A DNA stretch of 64,000 bases from Escherichia phage fp01, in the sequence record NC_048731.1. One strand, written 5' to 3'. Positions within the stretch are counted from its first letter, which is position 1. Every line of letters begins with the position of its first letter. A program made the position numbers and the translations under genes. Under the pieces are notes generated by a model. That model was not told where the DNA came from. It saw nothing but the letters and a program-made list of their open reading frames with translations, and ran no database searches. This document shows positions 1 to 7,538 of this stretch, in pieces.

Positions 1-226
1 TCCAAAGAACCCTACAATACGCATGTAGAACAAGCATTCTTTGGCTGTCATATTATTTACTGCTTTTTTCTGCTTTTCATCTTTAAACTTCTGTTCTTGA
101 TCATCAATACGTAGATACTTAATAAACCATTCAGCAGAGTATTCGTCCAAATGTCTAATAATAGCTATCGCATACCCAGCACCAATTAAAAACCAAGTTG
201 TAACAAGAATTAGTAATGTAGTCATA
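1..226 (-). CDS. partial CDS (start at 226, C-terminus beyond window edge); small hydrophobic/membrane protein
   Basis: ATG at 224-226 preceded by GGAGATAAT SD-like sequence; open frame to position 1; translation MTTLLILVTTWFLIGAGYAIAII... is hydrophobic. Confidence 0.35.
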
Positions 227-335
227 TTATCTCCAGTTATGGCTAGCAGCCACCTCACCACTTACCGCACTAAGGGGCACGACTCCCTTATCCGTAACAG
301 TTGCAGGTGACGCAACTCGGTCCTACGCGAGTTCT

Positions 336-620
336 TTAAGTATTCTGCATTTCAGCTTTAAATTTTTTCATATTACGAGTCTTTCTATAAAAGAAAAACA
401 CAGATGTTGGGCCTAGAAGAATATCCACAATAAATATCATAGATCTAGCACATCTGAGTAATGTTTTATCATCAAGAGGTGGCAGATCTAACGGTCGAGT
501 TTTATGTATAACGTATAATAGTACATCTTTATTCTTAGAAATATACAGATCATCAACCAAGCTGTAAATAGCAACCACAGACCCAATGACGAACCAAAGA
601 GCAAATGGGGAGATAATCAT
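336..620 (-). CDS. hypothetical small membrane protein
   Basis: ORF track 94 aa; hydrophobic N-terminus; part of a tightly packed minus-strand gene string. Confidence 0.5.
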   Translation of the reverse strand: MIISPFALWFVIGSVVAIYSLVDDLYISKNKDVLLYVIHKTRPLDLPPLDDKTLLRCARSMIFIVDILLGPTSVFFFYRKTRNMKKFKAEMQNT

Positions 621-913
621 TTCAGATCCTTTTCATTAATTAGAATATTAGTAAACAGTGGGGTAAATCCCAGGCTCATAGTAGGTCCAAACGTATTCAT
701 GGCTACCCATAATTGCATAGTGATCATCCCATCTTTAATCTCTGGATCTTTATATTCTTCTATACGTTTTTTAGCAAAGGCAACTACATCTGGAGTACTA
801 CCGTTCTTTACAACATGATCATGCCAAAACTGAGCGTTTTCACTCCGTAAGAATGTTAAAACATCCTTAGTTGCTGGAATCTGCACTGTGCTATTGATGT
901 TTAGTCTTTTCAC
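617..913 (-). CDS. hypothetical protein
   Basis: ORF track 98 aa; 4-nt overlap with neighbour, typical operon packing. Confidence 0.5.
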   Translation of the reverse strand: MKRLNINSTVQIPATKDVLTFLRSENAQFWHDHVVKNGSTPDVVAFAKKRIEEYKDPEIKDGMITMQLWVAMNTFGPTMSLGFTPLFTNILINEKDLK

Positions 914-1310
914 GTTCTTCTCTCCGACGTTTGCGTTCTTTCATCATATGAGCTGCTACAACTTCATGGTAGTAGTCATTAATGTTATCTTCTGGCAAGA
1001 AGTGCTTAATAGTCTCTAGCTGACAAATAACTCGATGAAGATGGTTATTTGGTAGACATAATTTTATACCTGCAACAAATCCAGAGAAGCCTGGAACACT
1101 GAACATGGGTTGAGCTTCTACTCTACCTTCAGAGTTGATATTAAGCTCAATTGAGATACCCATTTTCATGCTATAAAGCTGGCAATATTCTCCATTACCA
1201 GACCTTGACCAAACAGTAAAATCCTCATCAATTTGATCTTGAATTTCTGTAATAGCAAATTTAATTCTAGGGTCTAAATTATTCATCTTCACCTTCAAAG
1301 TCGCAATCAT
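891..1310 (-). CDS. hypothetical protein
   Basis: ORF track 139 aa. Confidence 0.5.
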   Translation of the reverse strand: MIATLKVKMNNLDPRIKFAITEIQDQIDEDFTVWSRSGNGEYCQLYSMKMGISIELNINSEGRVEAQPMFSVPGFSGFVAGIKLCLPNNHLHRVICQLETIKHFLPEDNINDYYHEVVAAHMMKERKRRREEREKTKHQ

Positions 1311-1584
1311 AACGACAAGTAAAAGAACTGGAGCTATTAGTACGTTGAGTGGTTATTTCACCGCGTTTGCTAATAGTAACGGCTGGAGTAGAGAAGTTTT
1401 TATTAGTATAGATTTCTACTTTACCATTACGTTCTTTAACATCACGAACTTTACCATACTCGGTAATAATGCCGTTCTGTTGGACTTTAACATTACCATT
1501 TTTCATAGAAACTTTGGTAGATGCCAGAGAACCGAAACTAACTGCGGAGATCATCAATGTAATAATAAACTTATTCATCTTCAT
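1279..1584 (-). CDS. small secreted/lipoprotein-like protein (signal peptide), Cys-rich acidic C-terminus
   Basis: Start moved to ATG 1582-1584, which has a GGGGAGG SD immediately upstream; N-terminus MKMNKFIITLMISAVSFGSLA looks like a signal peptide; C-terminus ...CRYDCDFEGEDE. Confidence 0.5.
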   Translation of the reverse strand: MKMNKFIITLMISAVSFGSLASTKVSMKNGNVKVQQNGIITEYGKVRDVKERNGKVEIYTNKNFSTPAVTISKRGEITTQRTNSSSSFTCRYDCDFEGEDE

Positions 1585-1852
1585 CCTCCCCACTACAATC
1601 ACGACATACATCATAATCGTTGAAAGAACGTTCGTGAGCTTCACACCACCAAGAACAAGAATCGCAGAGAAACATTTCGGTTTTCTCTAGTGCTTGACCT
1701 AAAAGATCATCAGCTTCCTCAGCAGTAATCTTCAATCCGCACACATCTGCCACACGTTCTTTAATTAAACGACCTGCTTCGTGGTAAGACATACAGGTTC
1801 CCGCAACATCATGTTCAAGAACATGAACAGCACAGTCTAGACGAGTTTTCAT
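1571..1852 (-). CDS. hypothetical Cys-rich protein with acidic C-terminal tail
   Basis: ORF track 93 aa; C-terminus CDSCSWWC...CRDCSGEDEDE resembles the tail of the adjacent gene. Confidence 0.5.
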   Translation of the reverse strand: MKTRLDCAVHVLEHDVAGTCMSYHEAGRLIKERVADVCGLKITAEEADDLLGQALEKTEMFLCDSCSWWCEAHERSFNDYDVCRDCSGEDEDE

Positions 1853-1882
1853 TTCAAACCTCTCTCATCAATTTATAAACAT

Positions 1883-1911
1883 ATTATAGCAAGAAAAGAG
1901 AGGTTTAGCAA
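1883..1911 (-). promoter_or_regulatory. T5-type early promoter (-10 TATAAT / -35 TTGCTA, 17-bp spacer), minus strand
   Basis: plus-strand attata 1883-1888 and tagcaa 1906-1911; conserved flanking aatttataaa block. Confidence 0.55.
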
Positions 1912-1928
1912 ATGAATTATTTCAGAAT

Positions 1929-2276
1929 TTAGTCATAGCACCACCATAACCCACGTTTACGCATGTCATGATCGCGATTATAATCATAATTTTCTGGATC
2001 TTTCATCACGCGGTGGAGTTCTTGACGATTCCCCTGACGAACCATTTTATTAGAATGCCACTTAACATTCTTACTAATGGAATTCCAGTTATAACCATCC
2101 TTTTTCTCATTACGAATAGTTGCTTCCTTCATTTCTTTTTTGATGTCATCCCAGGATTTGGCATAAATAACACGAATCCAGTAGCCATTTTCTTTGAGGA
2201 AAGAATATTCTTGAGAGAATTGTTCTTTAGACTTCCACCACTGATCACCAGATTGTTTACGATAAGTACGGCTCAT
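1929..2276 (-). CDS. hypothetical protein (Trp/Tyr-rich)
   Basis: ORF track 115 aa. Confidence 0.5.
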   Translation of the reverse strand: MSRTYRKQSGDQWWKSKEQFSQEYSFLKENGYWIRVIYAKSWDDIKKEMKEATIRNEKKDGYNWNSISKNVKWHSNKMVRQGNRQELHRVMKDPENYDYNRDHDMRKRGLWWCYD

Positions 2277-2353
2277 ATTACCTCCATTAAGTCTTTTAAA
2301 TTAACCTAATGTGGATGAATTTTATTACACATATATTATGTACCTTTATACAG

Positions 2354-2386
2354 AAAAACCCCAGACTACTTATTCAATAGCTGGGG
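2354..2386 (-). terminator. rho-independent terminator (minus strand)
   Basis: hairpin CCCCAG...CTGGGG (2359-2386) with A-run 2354-2358 on plus = U-run after the hairpin on the minus transcript. Confidence 0.5.
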
Positions 2387-2397
2387 TTTGTTATTAA

Positions 2398-2703
2398 TTA
2401 CAGATCGGGGTGTTCATCTTCGAACGCTACGAAGCCATCAAATTCATCATTTGAAATACCACCAGTATAGGTGATGTCCGCAATCATCGCTTCCATTTTC
2501 CTGATCTCCGAGGTTTTCATACCTGCTTTACTATTCTTATAATATTTGCGAGGGTTCCCACACATCCAACAAGAACAGATGCAAGGAGTAGTAGTGATAA
2601 TACCTAACCGCTTAGGGCTTTCTTCATGTGGGAAGACTGTCCAGTACTTCTTGCGGTTGTTCTTCACACGTTGCCGGTGATGGCGTCTTAATGCTCGATC
2701 CAC
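2398..2703 (-). CDS. hypothetical Cys-containing protein
   Basis: ORF track 101 aa. Confidence 0.45.
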   Translation of the reverse strand: MDRALRRHHRQRVKNNRKKYWTVFPHEESPKRLGIITTTPCICSCWMCGNPRKYYKNSKAGMKTSEIRKMEAMIADITYTGGISNDEFDGFVAFEDEHPDL

Positions 2704-2784
2704 ACATTCCTCCTAAAACTTGGGAGATAAACGGAGTTTGCTCGACTACCTTGCGTAGCTGGGAGAAATCGTATCCAAACCCCA

Positions 2785-3153
2785 TTACATCGCCTGAGTA
2801 AATGTACGACTAATAACGTCGTTCTGTTGTTCACGAGTCAGTGCATTAAATCGAACAGCGTAGCCAGAGACACGGATGGTCAACTGAGGATATTTTTCAG
2901 GATGTTTCTGCGCATCCAAAAGCTGATCACGGCTTAACACATTGACATTTAGGTGCTGACCACCTTCGATTTGAGGGGCGACTTCCACCTTAACTTCACG
3001 GAAGGCTTCAGGATCGAATTGTGGTGTGATACCTTCTAGATCTTCAACTAGAACTTTCTGTTTAAGTTCACCATTGTCGGAGTATAGCTGAATAATCTGA
3101 TTTTCATGAACAAGGTTAATTACGCCAGATTTAAGATTTTGATATGCTTTCAT
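2785..3153 (-). CDS. autonomous glycyl-radical cofactor (GrcA/YfiD-like spare-part protein)
   Basis: 122 aa; C-terminus ...[35 protein letters not shown] carries the RVSGYAV glycyl-radical motif and GQHLNVNV block typical of GrcA and PFL C-termini. Confidence 0.8.
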   Translation of the reverse strand: MKAYQNLKSGVINLVHENQIIQLYSDNGELKQKVLVEDLEGITPQFDPEAFREVKVEVAPQIEGGQHLNVNVLSRDQLLDAQKHPEKYPQLTIRVSGYAVRFNALTREQQNDVISRTFTQAM

Positions 3154-3195
3154 TAGATCTCCCCGATATTAGAATTTGGCTCAGCTATTTATTCT

Positions 3196-3390
3196 TTATA
3201 CTTTTCCATAGTATACGGAAACTGTCTTACCAGTTTGGTTCATGACATATGCTACTTCATCTTCTTTTAAAAAGATGGCTTGATCTACTCCAACTATAGC
3301 CAATCTTTTATTTCTAGGATTAAAGCTTACACTTTTGCCTGTATGAATCTGTTCCCCATTCTTGGCTGACATTATTTTAATTGTTAACAT
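3196..3390 (-). CDS. hypothetical protein
   Basis: ORF track 64 aa. Confidence 0.4.
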   Translation of the reverse strand: MLTIKIMSAKNGEQIHTGKSVSFNPRNKRLAIVGVDQAIFLKEDEVAYVMNQTGKTVSVYYGKV

Positions 3391-3427
3391 AGCTGCTCCT
3401 AAATTTGGCTATCTCTAGCCCTTTTAA

Positions 3428-3503
3428 TGGTAGTTAGTAGTGGATTTGAACCACTGTAGTCGCTCCGTATGAAGGAGGTGCATAACCACTCTGCCAACTA
3501 ACT
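3428..3503 (-). tRNA. tRNA, anticodon CAT (Met/Ile2 family)
   Basis: cloverleaf read by eye: acceptor AGTTAGT/ACTAACT, T-arm AGTGG-TTCAAAT-CCACT, anticodon loop TTCATAC, encoded CCA. Confidence 0.7.
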
Positions 3504-3599
3504 ATTATGTTTTACTAGACTAAGTAAGTATTCTTTATACTCTTTAGACCAATTAGCTTTTTTAAACTTTCCTGGACGCATAGTCTTAATTCCTAAATT

Positions 3600-3676
3600 T
3601 GGTACTCCGGGAGGGATTTAAACCCCCGATCTCTCGGTTATCAGCCGAGTGCTTTAGATCGCTAAGCTACCGAAGC
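3600..3676 (-). tRNA. tRNA-Ile (anticodon GAT)
   Basis: acceptor GCTTCGG/CCGGAGT (wobbles), D-stem GCTT/AAGC, anticodon stem CTCGG/CCGAG with loop CTGATAA, CCA encoded. Confidence 0.7.
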
Positions 3677-3677
3677 A

Positions 3678-3905
3678 TTAACATTTTACAGCAGAACGTT
3701 TGCCATTTCTGGGTGCACCTGGAAGTCGTGCACGTTCTGACATTCTTCGCTTAATCTTTGAGATATTTTCTAGTGTTTGTTCTTCAGGCTTAATACCTGA
3801 AACACTACACCACTGATTACCATCCCATGCGGTAATGATCATAACACCATTACTCATGATCTTTTCTGTAAAAGTAATCCTCATTATAGCAACTCGTCTA
3901 AGCAA
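3678..3905 (-). CDS. hypothetical protein
   Basis: ORF track 75 aa. Confidence 0.4.
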   Translation of the reverse strand: MLRRVAIMRITFTEKIMSNGVMIITAWDGNQWCSVSGIKPEEQTLENISKIKRRMSERARLPGAPRNGKRSAVKC

Positions 3906-4177
3906 GAGGTATATTTAAGTTTACCATCTTTATCTACTTTGATTTCGACTTCCACTCGTGGTACTTGACGAACTACACCATGAATCATCTTATAGTTAAT
4001 AGACTTAGATGGTTCATAATCTTTTGGAAAGACTTGCTTAACCGTTACTACCTTGTACCCATCACGCGGTGTTAGTACAACTACTTGATCACCTTCTTTG
4101 ATTTTCCAAGAGCCAGGAAATTCATAAGTATAGCGTTGACCACCAGTTTGGAACACAACAGAAAGATAACGTTTCAT
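3884..4177 (-). CDS. hypothetical protein
   Basis: ORF track 97 aa; lies directly downstream of promoter 4208-4236. Confidence 0.5.
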   Translation of the reverse strand: MKRYLSVVFQTGGQRYTYEFPGSWKIKEGDQVVVLTPRDGYKVVTVKQVFPKDYEPSKSINYKMIHGVVRQVPRVEVEIKVDKDGKLKYTSCLDELL

Positions 4178-4207
4178 TTGGCTTCCCTCTCATTAATTTA
4201 TATAAAT

Positions 4208-4236
4208 ATTATAGCAATAAATAAGAGAGAAAGCAA
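4208..4236 (-). promoter_or_regulatory. T5-type early promoter (minus strand)
   Basis: plus attata 4208-4213, aagcaa 4231-4236, 17-bp spacer; flanking aatttatataaat block. Confidence 0.55.
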
Positions 4237-4244
4237 ATGAATTT

Positions 4245-4412
4245 TTAATAAAGTTTAGTCACTTCATAAACTATACTACGAGATTCTTTATTACGTTCTA
4301 TTAAATTAGCATATGCTTTTTCAGCTTCATTTTTAGTATTAAAGTCTATAACGTGGGAGGTATTCGCTCTATTTGATTGACTATACCAGATAACTACTAA
4401 CAGTTTAAACAT
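4245..4412 (-). CDS. hypothetical small protein
   Basis: ORF track 4245..4439; start trimmed to an internal Met because the upstream part overlaps the tRNA at 4427-4513. Confidence 0.3.
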   Translation of the reverse strand: MFKLLVVIWYSQSNRANTSHVIDFNTKNEAEKAYANLIERNKESRSIVYEVTKLY

Positions 4413-4426
4413 ACTAGTCCTTAAGT

Positions 4427-4513
4427 TGGTGCTGGGCACAGGATTCGAACCTGCAATGGGATTACTCCTCCTGATTACAAATCAGGTGCATTCAACCATT
4501 CTGCCAACCCAGC
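4427..4513 (-). tRNA. type II tRNA (long variable arm), anticodon loop TTTGTAA; identity uncertain
   Basis: acceptor GCTGGGT/GCCCAGC, T-arm GCAGG-TTCGAAT-CCTGT, variable arm GGA-GTAA-TCC, CCA encoded; loop position 34-36 reads TGT, which is atypical for a type II body. Confidence 0.55.
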
Positions 4514-4521
4514 AGAACCCG

Positions 4522-4686
4522 TTATTTCAACGGGATTTCTTTTTCAATAACAGGAGACTTATCAGTCATGACTGTCATTGCCATTTGTTGTAGAAATTCA
4601 AAGGTGAAGGCTACACGTTCTTCACCAATCTCTACTTCTACACGTTTCTTTTGTTTGTCGATCTTAACTTTTAGGTTATCAGCCAT
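4522..4686 (-). CDS. hypothetical small protein (54 aa)
   Basis: manual translation MADNLKVKIDKQKKRVEVEIGEERVAFTFEFLQQMAMTVMTDKSPVIEKEIPLK; below the ORF-track size cutoff. Confidence 0.3.
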   Translation of the reverse strand: MADNLKVKIDKQKKRVEVEIGEERVAFTFEFLQQMAMTVMTDKSPVIEKEIPLK

Positions 4687-4930
4687 TAGAGATTACAGTA
4701 CTGGTAGTTGGCAGTATTACAGATGAAGCAACAGTGTTTAAATGCTTTCTCCAGTCTAGGTTAAATTGTTTTCGAAAATCTTCATAAGGTTCTTCCGGAT
4801 AAAAGCTAAAACCTCCTTTTTCATCATTCAGGATAACAGAGCCGTCAGTTTGTTCGTATGCTCGGTATGTTTCTCCAATAATAATAACTCGTTTATCGGT
4901 ACTTTTATTACGAAATTCAAAAACGTGCAT
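4679..4930 (-). CDS. hypothetical protein
   Basis: ORF track 83 aa. Confidence 0.4.
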   Translation of the reverse strand: MHVFEFRNKSTDKRVIIIGETYRAYEQTDGSVILNDEKGGFSFYPEEPYEDFRKQFNLDWRKHLNTVASSVILPTTSTVISNG

Positions 4931-4946
4931 AACGTTTCCTTAAAGT

Positions 4947-5022
4947 TGGAGCGGCTAGAGGGAATCGAACCCTACTCAGCGAGGCTTGGAAGGCCTGCGA
5001 CACAACCCGTGTGCTTAACCGC
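4947..5022 (-). tRNA. tRNA-Gly (anticodon TCC)
   Basis: acceptor GCGGTTA/TAGCCGC, anticodon loop CTTCCAA, T-loop TTCGATT, CCA encoded. Confidence 0.65.
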
Positions 5023-5030
5023 TTATTGTT

Positions 5031-5108
5031 TGGCAGGGGATATTGGATTTGAACCAATGATCTCGACTTCAAAGGCCGAAGCTTTAGGCCAGGCTAAGCT
5101 AATCCCCA
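5031..5108 (-). tRNA. tRNA-Gln (anticodon TTG)
   Basis: anticodon stem TCGGC/GTCGA with loop CTTTGAA; T-arm ATTGG-TTCAAAT-CCAAT; position 1-72 unpaired; CCA encoded. Confidence 0.65.
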
Positions 5109-5114
5109 ACTGTT

Positions 5115-5190
5115 TGGCAGAAGGTAGTGGGTTCGAACCACTGATCGGGGTTTCAGAGACCCCAGCCTTAACCGACTTGGCTAACCTTCT
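5115..5190 (-). tRNA. tRNA-Gln (anticodon CTG)
   Basis: acceptor AGAAGGT/ACCTTCT, anticodon stem GGGGT/ACCCC with loop CTCTGAA, T-arm AGTGG-TTCGAAC-CCACT, CCA encoded. Confidence 0.65.
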
Positions 5191-5749
5191 TCTTAATACT
5201 TTTTGGATCTTTACCTGTTAAGGATTTATAACGTTTACGTAGTCCGTTATCAGATAACCCTAACTCTTTTGATGCTTTAACCCATGAATAGTTTATTACC
5301 CAATATTCTATTTGCTCTGCTGTAATATCAGGGCTACTCTTAGGTTTACAGTCAAAACAAGTTTTAGAGGAAGAATTTATTTGTTTATTACAGTAAGGGC
5401 ATTTATTACCACCTATTGTATGCCCCCTTTCAACTGTAGTTTTTATTCTATGCTCTTCCTTGGTCATGACCACCAGATTATCTAAGGAAAAGTTCAATTT
5501 ATTCCTATCTTTGTGATCCACTTCTAGTTCAGATTCTAGTGAAGGTAAATCTTTAAATACTCTAGCTAATAATCTATGCAATACAATAGAGACATTCTTA
5601 CCCTGCTCATAGAACGTTACAAACGGATACCCTGCACTACCTAAGTGATGTGTTAGTAATTTATTACTCTTAGTAGAGTAAACCTCCCCATATGGGGAGA
5701 TTAAGTATTTGGGATACTCCGGAATTACTTTGAAATTCTCTAATTTCAT
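5168..5749 (-). CDS. HNH homing endonuclease
   Basis: 193 aa; HNH motif VDHKDRNKLNFSLDNLVVMTKEEHRIK; Cys pairs CPYC/CFDC; 3' end overlaps the tRNA-Gln(CTG) gene by about 23 nt. Confidence 0.7.
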   Translation of the reverse strand: MKLENFKVIPEYPKYLISPYGEVYSTKSNKLLTHHLGSAGYPFVTFYEQGKNVSIVLHRLLARVFKDLPSLESELEVDHKDRNKLNFSLDNLVVMTKEEHRIKTTVERGHTIGGNKCPYCNKQINSSSKTCFDCKPKSSPDITAEQIEYWVINYSWVKASKELGLSDNGLRKRYKSLTGKDPKSIKKKVSQVG

Positions 5750-5750
5750 C

Positions 5751-5951
5751 TTACTCTACAGGAACCGTGGCGATTGGTTCTGGATCTTCTAAACGTTTGC
5801 CTTCATGATCTACTCGAATAACTCCGCATCCCTCGCAAATCACAACAGCACCGTAGCCTTCTTTAACTTCAGCTTCTGTAATCAAACCAGAAAGATCACC
5901 AGTATCTCTGCCCCACATATCAATGGAGCATTGTTTGCAGAAATCAGCCAT
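5751..5951 (-). CDS. hypothetical Cys-rich small protein
   Basis: ORF track 66 aa; CKQC ... CEGCG motifs. Confidence 0.45.
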   Translation of the reverse strand: MADFCKQCSIDMWGRDTGDLSGLITEAEVKEGYGAVVICEGCGVIRVDHEGKRLEDPEPIATVPVE

Positions 5952-5976
5952 ATTTTATTTCCTATTTAAGTTAATT

Positions 5977-6053
5977 TGGGGTGGCTAGTGGAATTCGAAT
6001 CCACATAGGCCTGATTCACAATCAGGATCATTAACCAATTATGATATAGCCAC
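5977..6053 (-). tRNA. tRNA-His (anticodon GTG)
   Basis: acceptor GTGGCTA/TAGCCAC, discriminator C, D-stem TCAT/ATGA, anticodon stem CCTGA/TCAGG with loop TTGTGAA, CCA encoded. Confidence 0.75.
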
Positions 6054-6422
6054 AATTGAAAACTCGCAGGGTTAGCGAAACCTTCCTCAATTAGCATGTT
6101 CTAGAATACTAATCAAGTTATCTCCTATTGCACGCAGCTCAAGACGAGTACGAATTTTCAATTGTGGCGGCTCTCCGAAACTCTTCTACTCTAGCCTTAG
6201 CAGCTTACTCCCGAACGCATGTCGGGAAAGTCTTACTAAGAGCATCAAATAGCACCGTTACACTTTGAGCCATAGATATATCAAGAAGCAGAAGGACTTG
6301 AACCTTCACGAGATAGACCATTTATCTCAGCCGCTTTATGAGGTATGTTGCAGGGAGTGGATGTTCCCTATAAACCTTTTAGGCAGCCCCGTCTACCGAT
6401 TCCGGCATACTTCAAGAATTTT

Positions 6423-6596
6423 TTATAAACCAGCAGAAGCCTCATTTAAAGCATCAACAATAGCTTCACGTTGGGTCATTCCGTACCCGGTGGAATCTAG
6501 GTGTGGCAAATAAGCCATCCATCCCTTATCTGTTTCATGAAGACATGCTTTAAATTTTTTACCATCCTTCATTGTTACAGTAACTGTTTTGCTCAT
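6423..6596 (-). CDS. small HicB-like (antitoxin-fold) protein, 57 aa
   Basis: manual translation MSKTVTVTMKDGKKFKACLHETDKGWMAYLPHLDSTGYGMTQREAIVDALNEASAGL; the Y-x-P-x-L-x-G-x-G-x-T-x-x-EA-x-x-A-x-x-EA pattern resembles HicB/UPF0150 N-domains. Confidence 0.4.
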   Translation of the reverse strand: MSKTVTVTMKDGKKFKACLHETDKGWMAYLPHLDSTGYGMTQREAIVDALNEASAGL

Positions 6597-6616
6597 AAGA
6601 CTTCCTTATAGTTAAT

Positions 6617-6706
6617 TGGCAGAAGATAATGGAGTCGAACCATCACCGTATCGCTACAGCGGGCTGGTTTTCAAGACCAGTTACGTACCACTACGTCCTA
6701 TCTTCT
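6617..6706 (-). tRNA. tRNA-Ser (anticodon TGA), type II
   Basis: acceptor AGAAGAT/ATCTTCT, anticodon stem CTGGT/ACCAG with loop CTTGAAA, long variable arm, CCA encoded. Confidence 0.7.
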
Positions 6707-6712
6707 ATTGTT

Positions 6713-6803
6713 TGGCGGAAGAGGAGAGATTTGAACTCTCAAGCCGTTTTACCAGTCAGCCGCTTTCCAAGCGGTTTTCGTCGCCAATTCGATTTGCTCT
6801 TCC
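6713..6803 (-). tRNA. tRNA-Ser (anticodon GGA), type II
   Basis: acceptor GGAAGAG/CTCTTCC, T-arm GAGAG-TTCAAAT-CTCTC, anticodon loop TTGGAAA, long variable arm, CCA encoded. Confidence 0.7.
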
Positions 6804-6915
6804 AATAATAAGATGATGCCTCTATCACACCAGGCAGTTACGCCTCGCTGGGATTCGAACCCATTAAAACAGCTCAACCGAGATAGTAGGTTTAATTTAC
6901 TCTGACCATCAAATT

Positions 6916-7000
6916 TGGTGGGGCTAGGGAGACTCGAACTCCCACGCATTTAAGCTACGGAATCTAAGGCCGTATTGTCTACCAGTTCCAGCATAGCCCC
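6916..7000 (-). tRNA. tRNA-Leu (anticodon TAG), type II
   Basis: acceptor GGGGCTA/TAGCCCC, anticodon stem TACGG/CCGTA with loop CTTAGAT, T-arm GGGAG-TTCGAGT-CTCCC, CCA encoded. Confidence 0.65.
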
Positions 7001-7005
7001 GAATT

Positions 7006-7079
7006 TGGTGGAGAAAGAGGGAGTTGAACCCTCGTCTTCTGCGTGCAAAGCAGATGTTCTACCATTAAACTATATCCCC
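7006..7079 (-). tRNA. tRNA-Ala (anticodon TGC)
   Basis: anticodon stem TCTGC/GCAGA with loop TTTGCAC, T-arm GAGGG-TTCAACT-CCCTC, CCA encoded. Confidence 0.65.
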
Positions 7080-7411
7080 AAATTCTTTAGTTTACTAAGG
7101 CTATTAGCTCGGCGTAACTACAGCACCTTCGCTTCGAGCGGAAGGAACTGCGTCATCTCGCAAACCCAATACACTATTCAGTTGCCACTGAATCTAGTGG
7201 ACTAATCTAGAACTTCTCCCGAATCGTAGGGATCGTGCTTTTTGGCAGCCAGTCCTAGGTCGAGCTAATACCTTAGTGAACTAAATTGATGGATACCAGA
7301 CTAATTTTGCTACGACGTTTATCCTGAGGATCTCTTTTTCGGTAGCTCTGCTAGTGTAGACGTCATACACCTGATATCTAGGCAGCTATTTTCGCATCAA
7401 TTTATATAAAT

Positions 7412-7440
7412 ATTATAACAAGAAATTAAGCATCAAGCAA
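7412..7440 (-). promoter_or_regulatory. T5-type early promoter (minus strand) firing into the ORF-free region 7080-7405
   Basis: plus attata 7412-7417, aagcaa 7435-7440, 17-bp spacer; flanking caatttatataaatatt block. Confidence 0.55.
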
Positions 7441-7458
7441 CTGCGTTTTTCTTGAAAT

Positions 7459-7537
7459 TGGTAGATCGCCTGGGACTCGAACCCAGAACCTTCCGATTAA
7501 AAGTCGGATGCTACTAAACCTATTGAGCTAGCGATCT
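7459..7537 (-). tRNA. tRNA-Lys (anticodon TTT)
   Basis: acceptor AGATCGC/GCGATCT, anticodon stem TCCGA/TCGGA with loop CTTTTAA, T-arm CTGGG-TTCGAGT-CCCAG, CCA encoded. Confidence 0.75.
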
Positions 7538-7538
7538 A

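Noticed and set aside
6285-6370. T-arm-like hairpin GAAGG-TTCAAGT-CCTTC on the minus strand
   Set aside because: No acceptor, D or anticodon arms could be assembled around it.
6840-6912. T-arm-like motif (GGG-TTCGAAT-CCC) between tRNA-Ser(GGA) and tRNA-Leu
   Set aside because: Only about 72 nt are available and no complementary 5' acceptor strand exists; likely a tRNA remnant, not reported as a gene.
6975-7205. ORF 6975-7205 (+) and ORFs 6616-6816 (+), 6749-6949 (-)
   Set aside because: They run through well-formed tRNA genes (Ser, Ser, Leu, Ala); no SD; almost certainly spurious.
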